DNA of 64,000 bases from a virus. A program made the translations under genes and the position numbers. The DNA lies in IMG/VR virus record IMGVR_UViG_3300035698_014365, positions 1 through 64,000 of that record. One strand, written 5' to 3'. Below are positions 63,429 through 64,000 of this stretch, one piece after another. The notes under the pieces were generated by a model. That model had not been told where the DNA came from and did no database searches. It saw nothing but the letters and a program-made list of their open reading frames with translations. The stretch's first letter is position 1. Every line of letters starts with the position of its first letter.

Positions 63429-63460
63429 AAGATATGGCATGGGGGTATTGACTGTCAATA
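63429..63460 (-). promoter_or_regulatory. Putative terS promoter TTGACA-N18-TATCTT overlapped by the palindrome TATTGAC-T-GTCAATA
   Basis: Read directly; palindrome at 63446-63460. Confidence 0.6.
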
Positions 63461-63722
63461 GAAAGAGTAAGGGAAGGAGAGAGGCGTTTAGGTAGGTACT
63501 AGGTAAAGGTTAGTTCTATATATAGCTTTATAGGTGGCTGTGGGATGGGATACGCGGTGTATCATTTCCATACGTACTATATGGTGGGTTCTGTGGGGAT
63601 TTATTATTTGTTGGGGCACAAGATATAGAATGTGCGTTTTGTTGTTGGTACTTCGTTCTAGTTGGGGTAGATTGTTGATATCAGAACGATATCAGGCACC
63701 ACTTATAAAGGAAGGGAAACAC

Positions 63723-63998
63723 ATGACACGCAAAGATTACACAGAGTACCAGGAAGCGGTCGCGGCATTCTTCGCCAACGAGGGAATAAGCAACCTGTCC
63801 GCAACCGACGCAGAGTCCAGCTTTTCCTGGCGCCAGTGTGAATGTTGCGGCAGTACCTTGGGCGGCGATCGTTATGAATGCACAGGATATCACTCAACGT
63901 CCGGCGACGTGTTCGAGTACGAAGTATGCTCAGATTGCGTGTACTACGCCGAATATGGCCAGCTCGACGATATGACAATGATGGACATGGGCAACTAG
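63723..63998 (+). CDS. Small Cys4 zinc-binding protein, first gene of the divergent arm
   Basis: FSW..CECCG..LGG.R...VCSDC; AAGG SD. Confidence 0.7.
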   Translation: MTRKDYTEYQEAVAAFFANEGISNLSATDAESSFSWRQCECCGSTLGGDRYECTGYHSTSGDVFEYEVCSDCVYYAEYGQLDDMTMMDMGN

Positions 63999-64000
63999 TA

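Noticed and set aside
1-64000. Stop-codon reassignment, tRNA genes, integrase or att sites
   Set aside because: Genes tile densely under the standard code with TAA, TAG and TGA all used as stops; no tRNA cloverleaf or integrase was recognised by eye.

Overview
The window is most of a ~57% GC double-stranded DNA bacteriophage (or prophage) with podovirus-type architecture: no tape measure or tail tube gene, a P22/T7-like adaptor and nozzle, and large ejection proteins. The + strand arm (1-6459) carries an array of small modular Cys-rich genes joined by two short in-frame DNA repeats, an HNH endonuclease, a recombination module (putative single-strand annealing protein, DUF2800/Cas4-like exonuclease, RecU-like resolvase) and an M15-type peptidase. 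It converges on a ~57 kb minus-strand arm. Read in transcription order, this arm runs: TerS, a C5 DNA methyltransferase encoded in two overlapping frames, small genes, TerL with an extra C-terminal nuclease-like domain, GNAT, a Tad1 anti-defence sponge, an ~18.6 kb glycan/modification island (about 10 glycosyltransferases, 4 LicD, 6 SAM methyltransferases, DegT aminotransferase, radical SAM, kinase-like and ParB-like proteins), portal, scaffold, capsid, adaptor, an apparently split nozzle, ejection proteins (the largest has a GGDEF-like domain), tail fibre and lysis-type genes. The best candidates for an undescribed system are the repeat-linked cassette array (1-2642), the modification island between terminase and portal, and the GGDEF-like domain in the injected protein. 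All family calls come from motif recognition by eye; no searches were run.
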